IMG/VR virus record: IMGVR_UViG_3300024324_000416
Coordinates: 1 to 64,000 of that record
Reading direction: 5' to 3' (one strand)
Length of the DNA: 64,000 nucleotides
Source: a virus
Below the pieces are notes generated by a model. That model ran no database searches and was not told the DNA's origin. It was given only the letters and a program-made list of their open reading frames with translations. Position 1 is the stretch's first letter; the number at the start of each line of letters is the position of its first letter. The position numbers and the translations under genes are program-made. Positions 48,089 to 58,422 of the stretch are shown in pieces.

Positions 48089-49137
48089 TCACCAATAACG
48101 GCAAAGACCTTATTGGAAAGTACCTATTGGGTCAGGTTCCCTCCTATGCCTCCTATATATCTTTTGGTTGCGGGGCCGATCCTTTGGAACTAGCCAAGGG
48201 AGATGAGACAGAAATGAAGTTTGAGATGTTCCGTGTTCCTATTTCGGCAAGGTCTTTGCTAGGAGATCAAATCTCTTTTGCTGCTGAGATTCCCTTTGAT
48301 CCTCGCTACCGCATTACAGAGGTTGGGGTATGGTCAGATGGCTCAAATGCCCTCTCACAGAGCGATAGCCGACTTATCTTCTCCTTTGTGGATAGTGAGA
48401 ACTGGAAGATTTATGATGCCGATCCTAACGTTCCCATTTCTATTCCTGTAGTTGCTGACCCTCTATCGGAAAAGACACTTGCTGATGAGGATGGGGTCAT
48501 TCGTGTTGTAGATGAAGTGTTCTGGTGCAATGCCTCTAACCAAACCCTTGTCCACAAAGTAACAAGCGGCTATGATCGCAGAGATGAAGGAGCAAGGTTC
48601 CTAAATCAGACTCTATTTGTTCGTGGCGATACGCAGAAGAAGATCTACATCGACGGTCGTAACGTAGACCTATCACAAAACTCACCAGAGGATTTGCTTA
48701 AATTGGCGGTAGCCCTACACAAGACAACACCTGAGGAGCCTACCACAACAAACTTTACCCCACCAACAATTACTTTAAGGTTTATGCGTGACCCAGGCAA
48801 CCCCACATCAGGTTTCGCAGAATTCACCGTACAGCCAAATCTTACAGATGAAGATGACTCAACAACATACAAAAAGTATCAGGTTCTAGAGCAGAAACTA
48901 GACGATCTAATCTACTCCGCAAACTTTACCTGGAAAGAAACACGATGGGTGGAAATGGAAATATCAAACGGTAGTGCAGATTGGTATCTAGCATTCGATG
49001 CAATGCGCTTTGATAATAAAACCACCCCAAACCCCCTATATGTTATGTCTGGATACACCGTCCCAGATGAGATTGTCAACAAGATCGCTGGTTCTAACTC
49101 ATTCCTAGAATTTAGATTTGGTCTAGAGGTTATGTAA
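48085..49137 (+). CDS. Minor tail protein
   Basis: MITNNGKDLI...ITEVGVW; tail module. Confidence 0.6.
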   Translation: MITNNGKDLIGKYLLGQVPSYASYISFGCGADPLELAKGDETEMKFEMFRVPISARSLLGDQISFAAEIPFDPRYRITEVGVWSDGSNALSQSDSRLIFSFVDSENWKIYDADPNVPISIPVVADPLSEKTLADEDGVIRVVDEVFWCNASNQTLVHKVTSGYDRRDEGARFLNQTLFVRGDTQKKIYIDGRNVDLSQNSPEDLLKLAVALHKTTPEEPTTTNFTPPTITLRFMRDPGNPTSGFAEFTVQPNLTDEDDSTTYKKYQVLEQKLDDLIYSANFTWKETRWVEMEISNGSADWYLAFDAMRFDNKTTPNPLYVMSGYTVPDEIVNKIAGSNSFLEFRFGLEVM

Positions 49138-49289
49138 TGTCTAAAAAAGTAGAAGTAAAGTACGAAGATATGCCTGAGGTTCCAGAGGACTATTTCATGG
49201 TCAGAGCCCGTGTGGTATCTCTTGATGAGAACCGCACCTCCCATTGGGTATATTTCACGGTTCCCAATCCCAACCCTAGTGTGGTATAA
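49137..49289 (+). CDS. Small protein (50 aa), not in ORF track
   Basis: TAATG coupling; MSKKVEVKYEDMPEVPEDYFMVRARVVSLDENRTSHWVYFTVPNPNPSVV*; stop lies in promoter. Confidence 0.65.
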   Translation: MSKKVEVKYEDMPEVPEDYFMVRARVVSLDENRTSHWVYFTVPNPNPSVV

Positions 49290-49290
49290 T
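49280..49290 (+). promoter_or_regulatory. Extended -10 promoter containing stop codon; leaderless start
   Basis: TGTGGTATAAT + 6 nt + ATG 49297. Confidence 0.8.
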
Positions 49291-49296
49291 AGGACT

Positions 49297-49740
49297 ATGG
49301 CTAGAGTACCCTTACCCGAAAGAGGACAACCACTAGACGTTGCCTATATCTATTCCCTTGCATCTGCCATCAATGATTTGGCGGTACAGGTTTCGGATAA
49401 TGCTACAAACTACTCAACAATCTATACTACTACAATGGGTAATCAAAACTTTAAAACAAGTGAATTGAAGTTTATTACAGCCACAGAGCAGGTTGTGAGT
49501 GGCGAGTCAGTTATTGCTGATACTACAAAAGATTTATCTTTCAACTTTCCTACAGACTACAAGTACATTCCCGTAGTTACAGTAAGCCCTGTGAACGTGG
49601 GAAAGAACAACTACGGAAATAACATAATTGTGTCGATCAAGGAGGTTACGACAAGTCGTGTTGACTACACGGTTCGGTACAACGTTACTGGATCTGTTTC
49701 CCTGTCAGTTAATATTGTAGCGGTAGGAATTCCTCAGTAA
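49297..49740 (+). CDS. Minor tail protein (H-type lectin-like C-terminus)
   Basis: FNFPTDYKYIPVVTVS...NIVAVG. Confidence 0.55.
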   Translation: MARVPLPERGQPLDVAYIYSLASAINDLAVQVSDNATNYSTIYTTTMGNQNFKTSELKFITATEQVVSGESVIADTTKDLSFNFPTDYKYIPVVTVSPVNVGKNNYGNNIIVSIKEVTTSRVDYTVRYNVTGSVSLSVNIVAVGIPQ

Positions 49741-50261
49741 TGTCGGATGTTAAACCTCCCCGTGCACCTCGTCGTACCAAAACCCTATGGTTCCTCAATG
49801 GAACATTAGTTAAGAAGATTCACATTTCCAGGGCACAAGGAATGATTACTTTACATGATATTAATAGATGGGAAAAGTTTATGATCCCTCTGTCCGAATG
49901 GAAGAAGAAGCGGAGGCGTGCATACCTAGTTAGTGAAACTGCTAGATTATTAAACTTACACCGAAAATCCCTGCCTAGATTAGTTAGCCGTGGTATTCTA
50001 CCACCCCCTGTAGGTGCTACCAAGGACGGCATCCCTGTGTTCGGTAAAAAGGCATACTACAGCGAGGATACAATCAAGGATATGAGAGAGATTTTAGCGG
50101 GGCAGCACATAGGACGACCTCGTAAAGATGGATTCATTACAAATAATAAAACACCCACGGCCCTAGAGTTATCAATAGCCATGGGGGATTCGACACAACT
50201 ATATACTAAAAATAAATCAGGAAACTTTATTCCTGTGTTCGCAGAAGAAATATACGACTGA
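49740..50261 (+). CDS. MerR-like helix-turn-helix DNA-binding protein
   Basis: YLVSETARLLNLHRKSLPRLVSRGILP...YYSEDTI. Confidence 0.65.
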   Translation: MSDVKPPRAPRRTKTLWFLNGTLVKKIHISRAQGMITLHDINRWEKFMIPLSEWKKKRRRAYLVSETARLLNLHRKSLPRLVSRGILPPPVGATKDGIPVFGKKAYYSEDTIKDMREILAGQHIGRPRKDGFITNNKTPTALELSIAMGDSTQLYTKNKSGNFIPVFAEEIYD

Positions 50262-50265
50262 CCCC

Positions 50266-50294
50266 TTGACAAAATCAGGGGTAGTGTGTATAAT
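50266..50294 (+). promoter_or_regulatory. TTGACA-17-TATAAT promoter of replication operon
   Basis: -35 at 50266-50271, -10 at 50289-50294; RBS AAGGAGG. Confidence 0.9.
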
Positions 50295-50328
50295 ATACTT
50301 ATAGAGAAAACCTTTGAAGGAGGTTATT

Positions 50329-50529
50329 ATGGAAAACACCAAGGTTACTTGGACACTAGGTTACACACTTAATACTGGAAACTTCCAGTCACTACGCCTT
50401 GACGCTTCTGTTGAGGACTATGTTCGTGAAGGTGAAACCACTAAAGATGCATCAGATAGAGTCTATGCATTCGTTGAGCAAGAGTTGGTAAATAAATTGG
50501 CAGAAGCCAAGGAGGAACTAAGTGGCTAA
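50329..50529 (+). CDS. Hypothetical protein
   Basis: Strong RBS; YTLNTGNFQSLRLD. Confidence 0.75.
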   Translation: MENTKVTWTLGYTLNTGNFQSLRLDASVEDYVREGETTKDASDRVYAFVEQELVNKLAEAKEELSG

Positions 50530-50833
50530 GAAACAACCAAAGTATGCCGTACTTGACTATTGGAAAGATTCGGTGTATAATACTTATGGTTTCTACCCAC
50601 AAATGAATAGGAACACAGAACAATGGGCTGCTAGAGATTTAGTAGATTCTTACGGTATGCCTACTGTCCTTGAGTTAATAGATTATTACATTTCTATTTG
50701 TGCTACTACCCCAAAATGGGATACCTTTAAGTACAAGTGTGATGACCTCTTGACTAAGAAAAACGAAATAGAAGAAGATTTAAGATTACGAGAAGAAAAC
50801 AGGAAGAAGGCAAAAGCGTGGCTACTAACCTAG
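50522..50833 (+). CDS. Hypothetical protein (possible helicase loader/initiator)
   Basis: RBS AAGGAGG; directly upstream of helicase. Confidence 0.55.
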   Translation: MAKKQPKYAVLDYWKDSVYNTYGFYPQMNRNTEQWAARDLVDSYGMPTVLELIDYYISICATTPKWDTFKYKCDDLLTKKNEIEEDLRLREENRKKAKAWLLT

Positions 50834-52047
50834 AAGATAGGCTGTTGAGTGCAGTCCTAAAAGATGCACAGATTCACGTTCTGCTACAGGCAGATGCAAC
50901 TAAGTTGTTCCGCACACACGGGGATGTGTGGGAGTTTGTTCGGAAGTATTACGAGCAGAACCAAGTTGTGCCCACCGTGAATCTCGTGAAGGAGAGGTTT
51001 ATTGACTTTGAGCCACAGATTGAGGTAGGAGCAACCAAGCACCATCTAGACGAATTGCGTGCTGACTACCTGCGGGACAACCTTCGCAACACTCTACGCA
51101 CAGCGGCAACGTCCGTTCAGGAGGGTGAGACTGTTGAGGCATTGGATAAGTTGATTGCTGATGCTGCTGAACTAAAGAGGATAACTAGTGAGGTTCGTGA
51201 CCTAGACGTATCAGACATTGACAATGCTCTGGACTACTTTGAGCAAGTTCGTATCCTAAATGAGTCTGGCTCCCACGGCATTCGCACAGGGCTACCAGGC
51301 TTTGATAACTACCTACCCGCAGGTATTACACCAGGGCAGTTGGGTGTGCTTCTTGCCTACCCTGCTATTGGTAAGTCCTGGTTCGTTGTTTACATGGCGG
51401 CACAGGCATGGATGCAGGGACGCTCACCACTTGTTATCTCTATGGAGATGACAGAGCAAGAGGTTCGCAACCGCTTCTTCACCGTGCTAGGTGCAGGAAT
51501 GTGGCGGCATCGCAAGTTGAGCCGTGGTGAAGTAGAACTAGATCAAATGAAGTCATGGATGGAAAAGACATTCGCAGGCAAGCCACCTATCCATATCATT
51601 TCTAATGAGGGTATTGGCGAGATCAATCCTGCTGTTGTGCGTGGTAAGATTGACCAGCACTCACCAGACATTGTTTTCCTAGATTATCTTAACTTGATGA
51701 CTTCTAACACCAAGGCAGACTCAGAGGTTGTTAAGATGAAGAATCTAAGCCGTGAGTTGAAGTTGCTTGCCCTATCAAGTGCTGTTCCTATTGTGGCTAT
51801 TTCATCTGCTACCCCTGATGACGTAACCCGCATGGACGTAGCACCTACCCTTGGTCAGACCTCTTGGTCACGCCAGATTGCATATGACGCTGACTGGCTG
51901 TTGGCTCTGGGCAGGGCAGCAAATAGTGATACGCTAGAATGTGTATTCCGCAAGAACCGTAACGGATTCCTAGGAGAGTTTATGCTCACAGTAGATTTTG
52001 ACTCTGGTAGTTTTATCTACAAGGACTTTGAGGATGACGACCTGTAA
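50818..52047 (+). CDS. dnaB: DnaB-like replicative helicase
   Basis: Walker A AYPAIGKS, SMEM, VFLDYL, IAYDAD, KNRNG. Confidence 0.9.
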   Translation: MATNLEDRLLSAVLKDAQIHVLLQADATKLFRTHGDVWEFVRKYYEQNQVVPTVNLVKERFIDFEPQIEVGATKHHLDELRADYLRDNLRNTLRTAATSVQEGETVEALDKLIADAAELKRITSEVRDLDVSDIDNALDYFEQVRILNESGSHGIRTGLPGFDNYLPAGITPGQLGVLLAYPAIGKSWFVVYMAAQAWMQGRSPLVISMEMTEQEVRNRFFTVLGAGMWRHRKLSRGEVELDQMKSWMEKTFAGKPPIHIISNEGIGEINPAVVRGKIDQHSPDIVFLDYLNLMTSNTKADSEVVKMKNLSRELKLLALSSAVPIVAISSATPDDVTRMDVAPTLGQTSWSRQIAYDADWLLALGRAANSDTLECVFRKNRNGFLGEFMLTVDFDSGSFIYKDFEDDDL

Positions 52048-52123
52048 TCACGACTACGTTGAGTGGAGGGGTAGAGAGATCTGTCAGGAGTGCGGTGTTG
52101 AAAAAGACTACACAAATGAGTAA
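52034..52123 (+). CDS. 29-aa Zn-finger-like microprotein, not in ORF track
   Basis: MTTCNHDYVEWRGREICQECGVEKDYTNE*. Confidence 0.5.
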   Translation: MTTCNHDYVEWRGREICQECGVEKDYTNE

Positions 52124-52125
52124 AT

Positions 52126-52136
52126 GATGGTATAAT
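52126..52136 (+). promoter_or_regulatory. Extended -10 promoter, leaderless start
   Basis: GATGGTATAAT + 7 nt + ATG 52144. Confidence 0.75.
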
Positions 52137-52143
52137 ATGTTCC

Positions 52144-52467
52144 ATGAAAACTGCACATCGGAGTATCAAAAGGTTCTCTATTGACGGAAGGATCATATCA
52201 TCCACAGCGTTCTCCCGAATGCAGCAGATCTACTCAGAGGTACTAGAAGAACAAATGCGGGAGGCAGGATATGTACCACGCCTTGACCTCATGCCAGAAT
52301 GGACAACTTCATATCAGAAATCATATTACGAATTTGAAATATCCATATACGGGACATACGTCGGAAGGAAAAAAGCAAAGTGCCTAGAAGGAGTAGAAGG
52401 CGGGAAGCCAGTCTATTTTCACCAGAACAGACCGAAAGAGTCATCCTTGCCTCAGGCGGCACCATAG
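52144..52467 (+). CDS. Hypothetical protein
   Basis: Leaderless start; MREAGYVPRLDL. Confidence 0.65.
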   Translation: MKTAHRSIKRFSIDGRIISSTAFSRMQQIYSEVLEEQMREAGYVPRLDLMPEWTTSYQKSYYEFEISIYGTYVGRKKAKCLEGVEGGKPVYFHQNRPKESSLPQAAP

Positions 52468-53327
52468 CAGGAGAAGTAGACACGGACTGGATCATATTCT
52501 GTCCGTACCATGCCAACACCCGAACACCTGCTGCTGAGATCGACAAAGAGAACGGCACGTTCTTCTGCTTTGGCTGTCGCAAGATTGCATCTCTCATGGA
52601 GTATGTGATGGAGATGACGGGCCAGAATGAGTTTAGTGCCCTGCGTCTTATCAAGAAGTATGAGCAAGAGGTAAACTTTGTTGATGTTCTAGACAAGAAG
52701 TTGGTTGAGAAGCCTGACTATGTTCAGTTTGATAACGAAACGGTAACAAGGCTGCATGAGCAAGCACTTTCAAGTGACCGTGCCCGTGACTACTTTGCGG
52801 GTAGAGGAATAACAAACCTAACAACATATAAACTAGGATACTCACAGGCACAGGATATGGTGACAGTTCCTCAGTTTGATCCAAGTGGAACTATCTGTGT
52901 GGGATGGGTGGCTCGTAGCATTGAGGGCAAGGACTTCAAGAACACCCCCAAACTACCTAAATCAAAGATACTATTCAACCTACACAGGGTTAGAAGTTCG
53001 GAGTATGTCTATGTAGTAGAGTCATCGTTTGATGCCATTAGGCTGCACGATGAGGGCGTTCCCGCTGTTGCTACATTAGGGGCAAACGTATCCAATAAGC
53101 AATGCGACCTAATGAAAAAGTATTTCAATCAAGTTTATGTTGTACCAGATACCGATGAGGCAGGAAAAATGATGGGTGAAAAGGTATTGACTCAGTTGGG
53201 TACTCGTGGTATAATTATAGGGTTGCCAGATCGCTACAAGGATGTTGGTGATCTTACAACAGAAGATATAACTAAATTACATGATAAAGTACAAAATCCA
53301 TTAACATTACTAGGAGAAAAAATATGA
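52380..53327 (+). CDS. dnaG: DNA primase (CHC2 zinc finger plus TOPRIM)
   Basis: CPYH...FFCFGC; VVESSFDA, ATLG, PDTDEAG, KDVGD. Confidence 0.88.
   Translation: MPRRSRRREASLFSPEQTERVILASGGTIAGEVDTDWIIFCPYHANTRTPAAEIDKENGTFFCFGCRKIASLMEYVMEMTGQNEFSALRLIKKYEQEVNFVDVLDKKLVEKPDYVQFDNETVTRLHEQALSSDRARDYFAGRGITNLTTYKLGYSQAQDMVTVPQFDPSGTICVGWVARSIEGKDFKNTPKLPKSKILFNLHRVRSSEYVYVVESSFDAIRLHDEGVPAVATLGANVSNKQCDLMKKYFNQVYVVPDTDEAGKMMGEKVLTQLGTRGIIIGLPDRYKDVGDLTTEDITKLHDKVQNPLTLLGEKI
53187..53215 (+). promoter_or_regulatory. Internal TTGACT-17-TATAAT promoter for ssb
   Basis: -35 at 53187-53192, GTGGTATAAT ending 53215, inside primase. Confidence 0.75.
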
Positions 53328-53989
53328 GCATTGTAAAAGGTCTCAAAAACGTAGAGACAATTGTTAACAAGAAGACATACGACTCAAGTGGCCCCAAGAC
53401 ACGTTGGCTACAACTTGACGACGGGCAGAGTGCAAAGATTCGCTTTGCTAACGAACTAGACGAGGACTCACCAAACTTTGACGAAGGTCGCAATCTTGCT
53501 ATCGTCGTTCGTGAGCACTCCAATCCCAAGGACTACAAGCGTAAGGCTGTTTGTACCATGGAGTCAGAGGGACGAGACTGGGCAGAGGAGATGCACCGCA
53601 AAGATCCAAAGGCAGGCTGGGGCGGTCGTAACCGTTTCTACGTCAATGTCCTAGTGGACGACGGCATGGAAGATCCATACATCGCAGTATGGTCACAGGG
53701 ACTAGGTAAGCAGTCTGCTGTTCACACTATGTTGGAGTACACCTCCGACACGGGCAGCATCAGTAACCTAACTTGGAAGATCAAGCGTCAGGGCACAGGA
53801 ACCGACACTACCTATGTGTTGCTCCCAACTGCTCCTGATTCTGAGCCTTTCGATTGGTCACCATACGAACTATACAATCTTGAGAATGTTGTTCGTAAGG
53901 TTCCCTACGCAGAGCAAGAGCAGTTCTACCTTGGCTTTGAGGGTGGAATGCCCACTTCATCTGCAAGCACCACAAACATTAACTGGTAA
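53324..53989 (+). CDS. Single-stranded DNA-binding protein (gp32-like)
   Basis: WLQLDDGQSAKIRF, RFYVNVL, KIKRQGTGTDTTY; replication module. Confidence 0.7.
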   Translation: MSIVKGLKNVETIVNKKTYDSSGPKTRWLQLDDGQSAKIRFANELDEDSPNFDEGRNLAIVVREHSNPKDYKRKAVCTMESEGRDWAEEMHRKDPKAGWGGRNRFYVNVLVDDGMEDPYIAVWSQGLGKQSAVHTMLEYTSDTGSISNLTWKIKRQGTGTDTTYVLLPTAPDSEPFDWSPYELYNLENVVRKVPYAEQEQFYLGFEGGMPTSSASTTNINW

Positions 53990-53995
53990 GGTGGT

Positions 53996-54022
53996 TGGCG
54001 GTGGGGAATGCCCTCACCGCCA
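53996..54022 (+). terminator. Stem-loop after ssb
   Basis: TGGCGGTGGGG...CCTCACCGCCA inverted repeat. Confidence 0.65.
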
Positions 54023-54113
54023 CCCCCTTCCGTCTAAACAAATTAATAAAAGCAGCAAACTATTTGGTCAGGGCTGAGAAAGCCCCCCACCAAAAATATA
54101 CTTAGGAAAGGTA

Positions 54114-54797
54114 ATGCCAAACATAAAATTTCTTATGCGACCAGAGACAGTAGGCTTTGAAGCCCCTGTGCCTGCAAGCAAATGCGTGCCAGACTGGTAT
54201 GTAAAAACACTTCCCTACATTGATGAGCAAACAAAAGAGTTGCCGCTAACTAAAGACGGTGGAGTAAATAGAACTATCAAGAGTTGTATGCCTGTATTTG
54301 ATGCAATGACTCAAGGATACATATGGAAGACTCCCTGCGATATACAATTTAACTTAGATGAATTCTCAAGGGTCACTCACCCAAACATGCCTTTTCAGGT
54401 TTTAGATTTTACTCATTCTACGCAACAGACACAACACTATCCTAATTTAGGTCAAGGGTTCAAGTGGATGTTGCCCTTCCAGATTCAGACCCCCAAGGGG
54501 TACAGCACTTTATTTAAACATCCTTCACATCAGGACTTGCCATTCACCACACTAGAAGGTATTGTGGATACAGACAGGCACCCCATTCCCACGCATTGTC
54601 CTGCGTATATTCCTGCTGAGTTCCAAGGTGTAATACCCAAGGGCACTCCCATCGTTCAGATGATCCCATTCAAGCGGGAGGCATGGAAGTCAATGTCAGA
54701 GGTAGATGGTAGAATAGAGGAAAGAGTCATACAGTTTGCAACCAAGTTTGAAAAACAATATAAGATAAACTACAGAGATAAGAAGGTATACAAGTAA
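54114..54797 (+). CDS. Conserved phage protein, possible dUTPase-like beta fold
   Basis: PDWY, TIKSCMP...GY, TPKGYS, GIVDTD, KGTPIVQMIPFKR. Confidence 0.5.
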   Translation: MPNIKFLMRPETVGFEAPVPASKCVPDWYVKTLPYIDEQTKELPLTKDGGVNRTIKSCMPVFDAMTQGYIWKTPCDIQFNLDEFSRVTHPNMPFQVLDFTHSTQQTQHYPNLGQGFKWMLPFQIQTPKGYSTLFKHPSHQDLPFTTLEGIVDTDRHPIPTHCPAYIPAEFQGVIPKGTPIVQMIPFKREAWKSMSEVDGRIEERVIQFATKFEKQYKINYRDKKVYK

Positions 54798-57700
54798 TGT
54801 ATTCACCCTTGCACGTTCACACTCACTACTCACCCATGGATGGTGTAGCCACCCCTCAAGAATATATTGATAGGGCATTGGCAATCGGCATGGAGTCAGT
54901 AGCCATCACAGACCACGGCACGCTATCAGGTCACCGTGAGTTCTATCGGGTAGCCAAGGAAGCAGGCATCAAGCCTATCCTAGGTATCGAAGGCTACTTC
55001 ACTAAGGATCGCCACGATAAGCGAGACAAGGCAGAACGCACAGACCCACTAGACTTAAACTACAATCACTTGGTAGTGCTTGCTAAGAATGCTAAGGGTC
55101 TTGCCAATCTATCTAAGATTAGTGAGATTGCTTGGACGGAGGGATTCAACCGAAAGCCACGCTTTGACTTTGAGATCCTAGACAAGTACGGTGATGACCT
55201 TATCATTACCTCTGGCTGCATGTCGGGTATGATTAACAAGGCTATTGAGGCTGGTGAGTTTGCCGTAGCCAAGGAACATCTCAAGTGGTTTGATGATCGC
55301 TTTGGTGATGACTTCTACGTTGAGGTTATGCCACACAACCAACCAGGCATGAACGCTGCACTAGTGGAGTTGGCAAAGGAAGGTGGCTACCAACTTGTAG
55401 TGACTCCTGACTGCCACCATGCAACGTTAGATCAAAAGATCATCCAAGAAGTTATGCTACTTAATAACACTCACGCAAAGATGGATAAGGAAGCAGACTT
55501 TAAGAAGTCTCTCAAGTATGACAACCTCATGGAACGGTTTGACTACCTCTATGGCTCTGACCGCATGATGAGTTTCAATAAGTTTGATATTCATCTGCTT
55601 GATTACAATGAGATGAAGTCTGCTATGGGTGATGACTGGGACGAGTCAATGGCTACTAATTCTCTTGCGGCAGCAGAAAAGGTAGAGGACTACAATATCA
55701 AGTCTAACCTAAACCTACTCCCTGTCACACACAAAGACAGCGACGAAGAGATTCGCACCCTTGCCTTTGCAGGGCTCAAGGATCTCAAACTAGATGAGCA
55801 TCCAGAATACGTTGAGCGTCTGGAAGAAGAGTTGTCCATCATCAAGGATAAGAAGTTTGCACCCTACTTTATTGTTGTGCGTAACATGATCCAATGGGCA
55901 AAGAAGAATGACATTATGGTCGGCCCTGGTCGTGGTTCTAGTGCAGGCTCACTCCTGTGCTACACCCTAGGCATCACAGAGGTAGATCCTATTGAGCATA
56001 ATCTTTTGTTCTTCCGCTTCATTGACCTTGACCGTGATGACTGGCCTGACATTGACACAGACATTATGGACACTAGGCGTGAGGAAGTCAAGCAATATCT
56101 AGAAGCACAATACAAGCACGTTGCCTCTATCGCTACTTTCTTAACTTTCAAAGATAAGGGTATGGTGCGTGACATTTGTCGTGTGCTCAACATCCCCTTG
56201 GGTGAGGTCAACCGTGCCCTAAAGAACGTAGAGACTTGGGATCACTTCTGCTCCTCTCGTACCACAGCAGACTTCCGTGAGAAGTACCCAGAGATTGTGG
56301 AGATCGGTGAGCAGTTGCGTGGTCGTATCCGTGGCACAGGCATCCATGCCGCAGGCGTGGTGACTAGCAAGAAGCCTATCTCGCAGGTTACTGCTATTGA
56401 GACTCGTGTAGATCCTTCCTCCAAAGAGCGTATCCCTGTAGTCGGGGTAGATATGGATGAGGCAGCAGAGATCGGTCTTATCAAGATTGATGCACTAGGG
56501 CTTAAGACTCTATCCGTTGTGCAAGACGCACTCAGCATCATTGAGGAACGCACAGGAAATAAGATTGACATAACACAAGTTAAGTTAGATGACAAGAAGG
56601 TGTACGAAATGCTTGCAGCAGGTCGCACCAAGGGTGTGTTCCAATGTGAGACTACACCTTACACTAACTTGCTTGTCAAGATGCAGGTTTCTAACTTTGA
56701 GGAACTTGCTGCTTCTAACGCTCTCATTCGTCCTGGTGCTATGAAGTCTATCGGTCGTCAGTACCTAGACCGCAAGAATGGCAAGCAGGCTGTAGAGTTT
56801 ATCTCACCTTTGATGAAGGACTGGACAGCAGACACATTCGGTCTGATCCTTTACCAGGAGCAGGTTATGCGTGCTTGCGTAGAACTAGGCGGTATGACGA
56901 AGGGCGAAGCAAACAAAGTCCGTAAGATCATTGGTAAGAAGAAAGACGTTAAAGAGTTCAACAAGTTTAAGAAGAAGTTTGTTGCTGGTGCGTCCAAGCA
57001 TATTGGTTCTACTTATGCTGAGTCCATGTGGACTGACTTTGAGAAGCACGCTGGATACTCATTCAATAAGTCTCACGCTGTTGCATACTCCATGTTGTCA
57101 TACTGGACTGCATGGCTCAAGACTAACTATCCTCTAGAGTTTATGTACGCTATCTTGCGTAACGAGAAGGATACTGACTCTCGCACAGAATACCTTATTG
57201 AGTGCAAGCGTATGGGTATCCCCCTCAAGTTGCCTCACATCAACGATAGCGAACTAGACTTTACTATCGAAGGCAAGGGCATTCGTTTCGGTATAACATC
57301 AATTAAGTATATCTCTGCGTTGGTTGGCGAACGGTATCTCAATCATCGTCCATTCAAGTCGTACAAGGAGATTGAGGAACTGACATACACCAAGGGTGCT
57401 GGTCTTAACAGCCGTGCTCTCAAGGCTATGAATGCCGTAGGTGCATTGACATTCCCAGACAACGCTGCTGATGAAGAGAAGGTGCGTAGCAATCTGTATG
57501 AGTACCTTAATCTACCAGAGTTCAATGTGGATGTGCCCTCGCACTTCTATGCATTCCTTGATGACTGTGATGACCATGAGGACAAGGGTGTGTTCATCTA
57601 CATGGGTGTAGTGAACGGTATCCGTCAGGGTAAAGGTTGGAGTCTGGTAAACATCATGGATGGTACAGGCACCGCAGGATTCTTTGATGAACAGAACACA

Positions 57701-58063
57701 ACTATTGAGAAGGGCAAGAGTTATGTTATACTTGTCGCAAACAATAGAGTTATGGAGTTTGTCCCTGTGGAAGAGATTCGTGACAACAAGGCTTCATTCG
57801 TTAGGTTCCTAAACCTAAAGCAACTTTCTTTTGCAGAAGATGAGTTCTATGTATTGGCTTGGAAGCCTCGCAAGACTAAGGCTGGGGCAAACATGGGATC
57901 TTTGTTGGTTGCTAATTCATCACGAGAGATGCGTGCGGTAACTGTGTTCCCATCATCTTTTGCTATGGCTCACACTCGCTTGGAGTTGGGCAAAGCATTC
58001 AAGATGGAGTTCGGTAAGACTAAGCAAGGCGATTTAACGTTGGAAGAAGTAATCAGAAACTAA
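54797..58063 (+). CDS. dnaE: DNA polymerase III alpha subunit
   Basis: PHP motifs LHVHTHYS and AITDHG; GRGSSAGS, PDIDTD, HAAGVV, KIDALGL, YSFNKSHA. Confidence 0.96.
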   Translation: MYSPLHVHTHYSPMDGVATPQEYIDRALAIGMESVAITDHGTLSGHREFYRVAKEAGIKPILGIEGYFTKDRHDKRDKAERTDPLDLNYNHLVVLAKNAKGLANLSKISEIAWTEGFNRKPRFDFEILDKYGDDLIITSGCMSGMINKAIEAGEFAVAKEHLKWFDDRFGDDFYVEVMPHNQPGMNAALVELAKEGGYQLVVTPDCHHATLDQKIIQEVMLLNNTHAKMDKEADFKKSLKYDNLMERFDYLYGSDRMMSFNKFDIHLLDYNEMKSAMGDDWDESMATNSLAAAEKVEDYNIKSNLNLLPVTHKDSDEEIRTLAFAGLKDLKLDEHPEYVERLEEELSIIKDKKFAPYFIVVRNMIQWAKKNDIMVGPGRGSSAGSLLCYTLGITEVDPIEHNLLFFRFIDLDRDDWPDIDTDIMDTRREEVKQYLEAQYKHVASIATFLTFKDKGMVRDICRVLNIPLGEVNRALKNVETWDHFCSSRTTADFREKYPEIVEIGEQLRGRIRGTGIHAAGVVTSKKPISQVTAIETRVDPSSKERIPVVGVDMDEAAEIGLIKIDALGLKTLSVVQDALSIIEERTGNKIDITQVKLDDKKVYEMLAAGRTKGVFQCETTPYTNLLVKMQVSNFEELAASNALIRPGAMKSIGRQYLDRKNGKQAVEFISPLMKDWTADTFGLILYQEQVMRACVELGGMTKGEANKVRKIIGKKKDVKEFNKFKKKFVAGASKHIGSTYAESMWTDFEKHAGYSFNKSHAVAYSMLSYWTAWLKTNYPLEFMYAILRNEKDTDSRTEYLIECKRMGIPLKLPHINDSELDFTIEGKGIRFGITSIKYISALVGERYLNHRPFKSYKEIEELTYTKGAGLNSRALKAMNAVGALTFPDNAADEEKVRSNLYEYLNLPEFNVDVPSHFYAFLDDCDDHEDKGVFIYMGVVNGIRQGKGWSLVNIMDGTGTAGFFDEQNTTIEKGKSYVILVANNRVMEFVPVEEIRDNKASFVRFLNLKQLSFAEDEFYVLAWKPRKTKAGANMGSLLVANSSREMRAVTVFPSSFAMAHTRLELGKAFKMEFGKTKQGDLTLEEVIRN

Positions 58064-58071
58064 GGAGAAGA

Positions 58072-58422
58072 ATGACATATCTAAATGACATGGACGACCT
58101 GGCACACACGCTACACGCTCACGCAAAGCGTCAGGGCTTCTACGAGCCTTACGATCACATGGATGAGGCAGACTACGTTGTGTTCTACCTCAAGCAACTT
58201 GCTATGGTGCATAGCGAAGTAACCGAAGTGCTAGAAGCAATCCGCAAGGAGAAGGGCGACGAGGAAGTAGTAGAGGAACTAGCAGACATTATGATTCGTG
58301 TGCTTGACTTCTGGGCATTCCTCAATGAGACAGGCTACACAAAGCGTAGCCTAGCAGATGCTCTCAACAAAAAGGTAGAGACAAACAAGCAACGTGAGTG
58401 GCGACACGGGGTGCTTGCGTAA
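58072..58422 (+). CDS. MazG-like nucleotide pyrophosphohydrolase
   Basis: HSEVTEVLEAIRK...EELADIMIRVLD. Confidence 0.8.
   Translation: MTYLNDMDDLAHTLHAHAKRQGFYEPYDHMDEADYVVFYLKQLAMVHSEVTEVLEAIRKEKGDEEVVEELADIMIRVLDFWAFLNETGYTKRSLADALNKKVETNKQREWRHGVLA

Noticed and set aside
17703-49296. ORF-track upstream starts (17703, 19462, 25121, 28300, 29773, 33849, 42958, 49210)
   Set aside because: These extensions run through promoters, terminators or upstream genes; downstream leaderless, RBS-led or TAATG-coupled starts fit better
20128-58063. Inteins or introns in nrdJ, dnaB, dnaE, recA
   Set aside because: Lengths are normal, frames are continuous and no splicing motifs were seen
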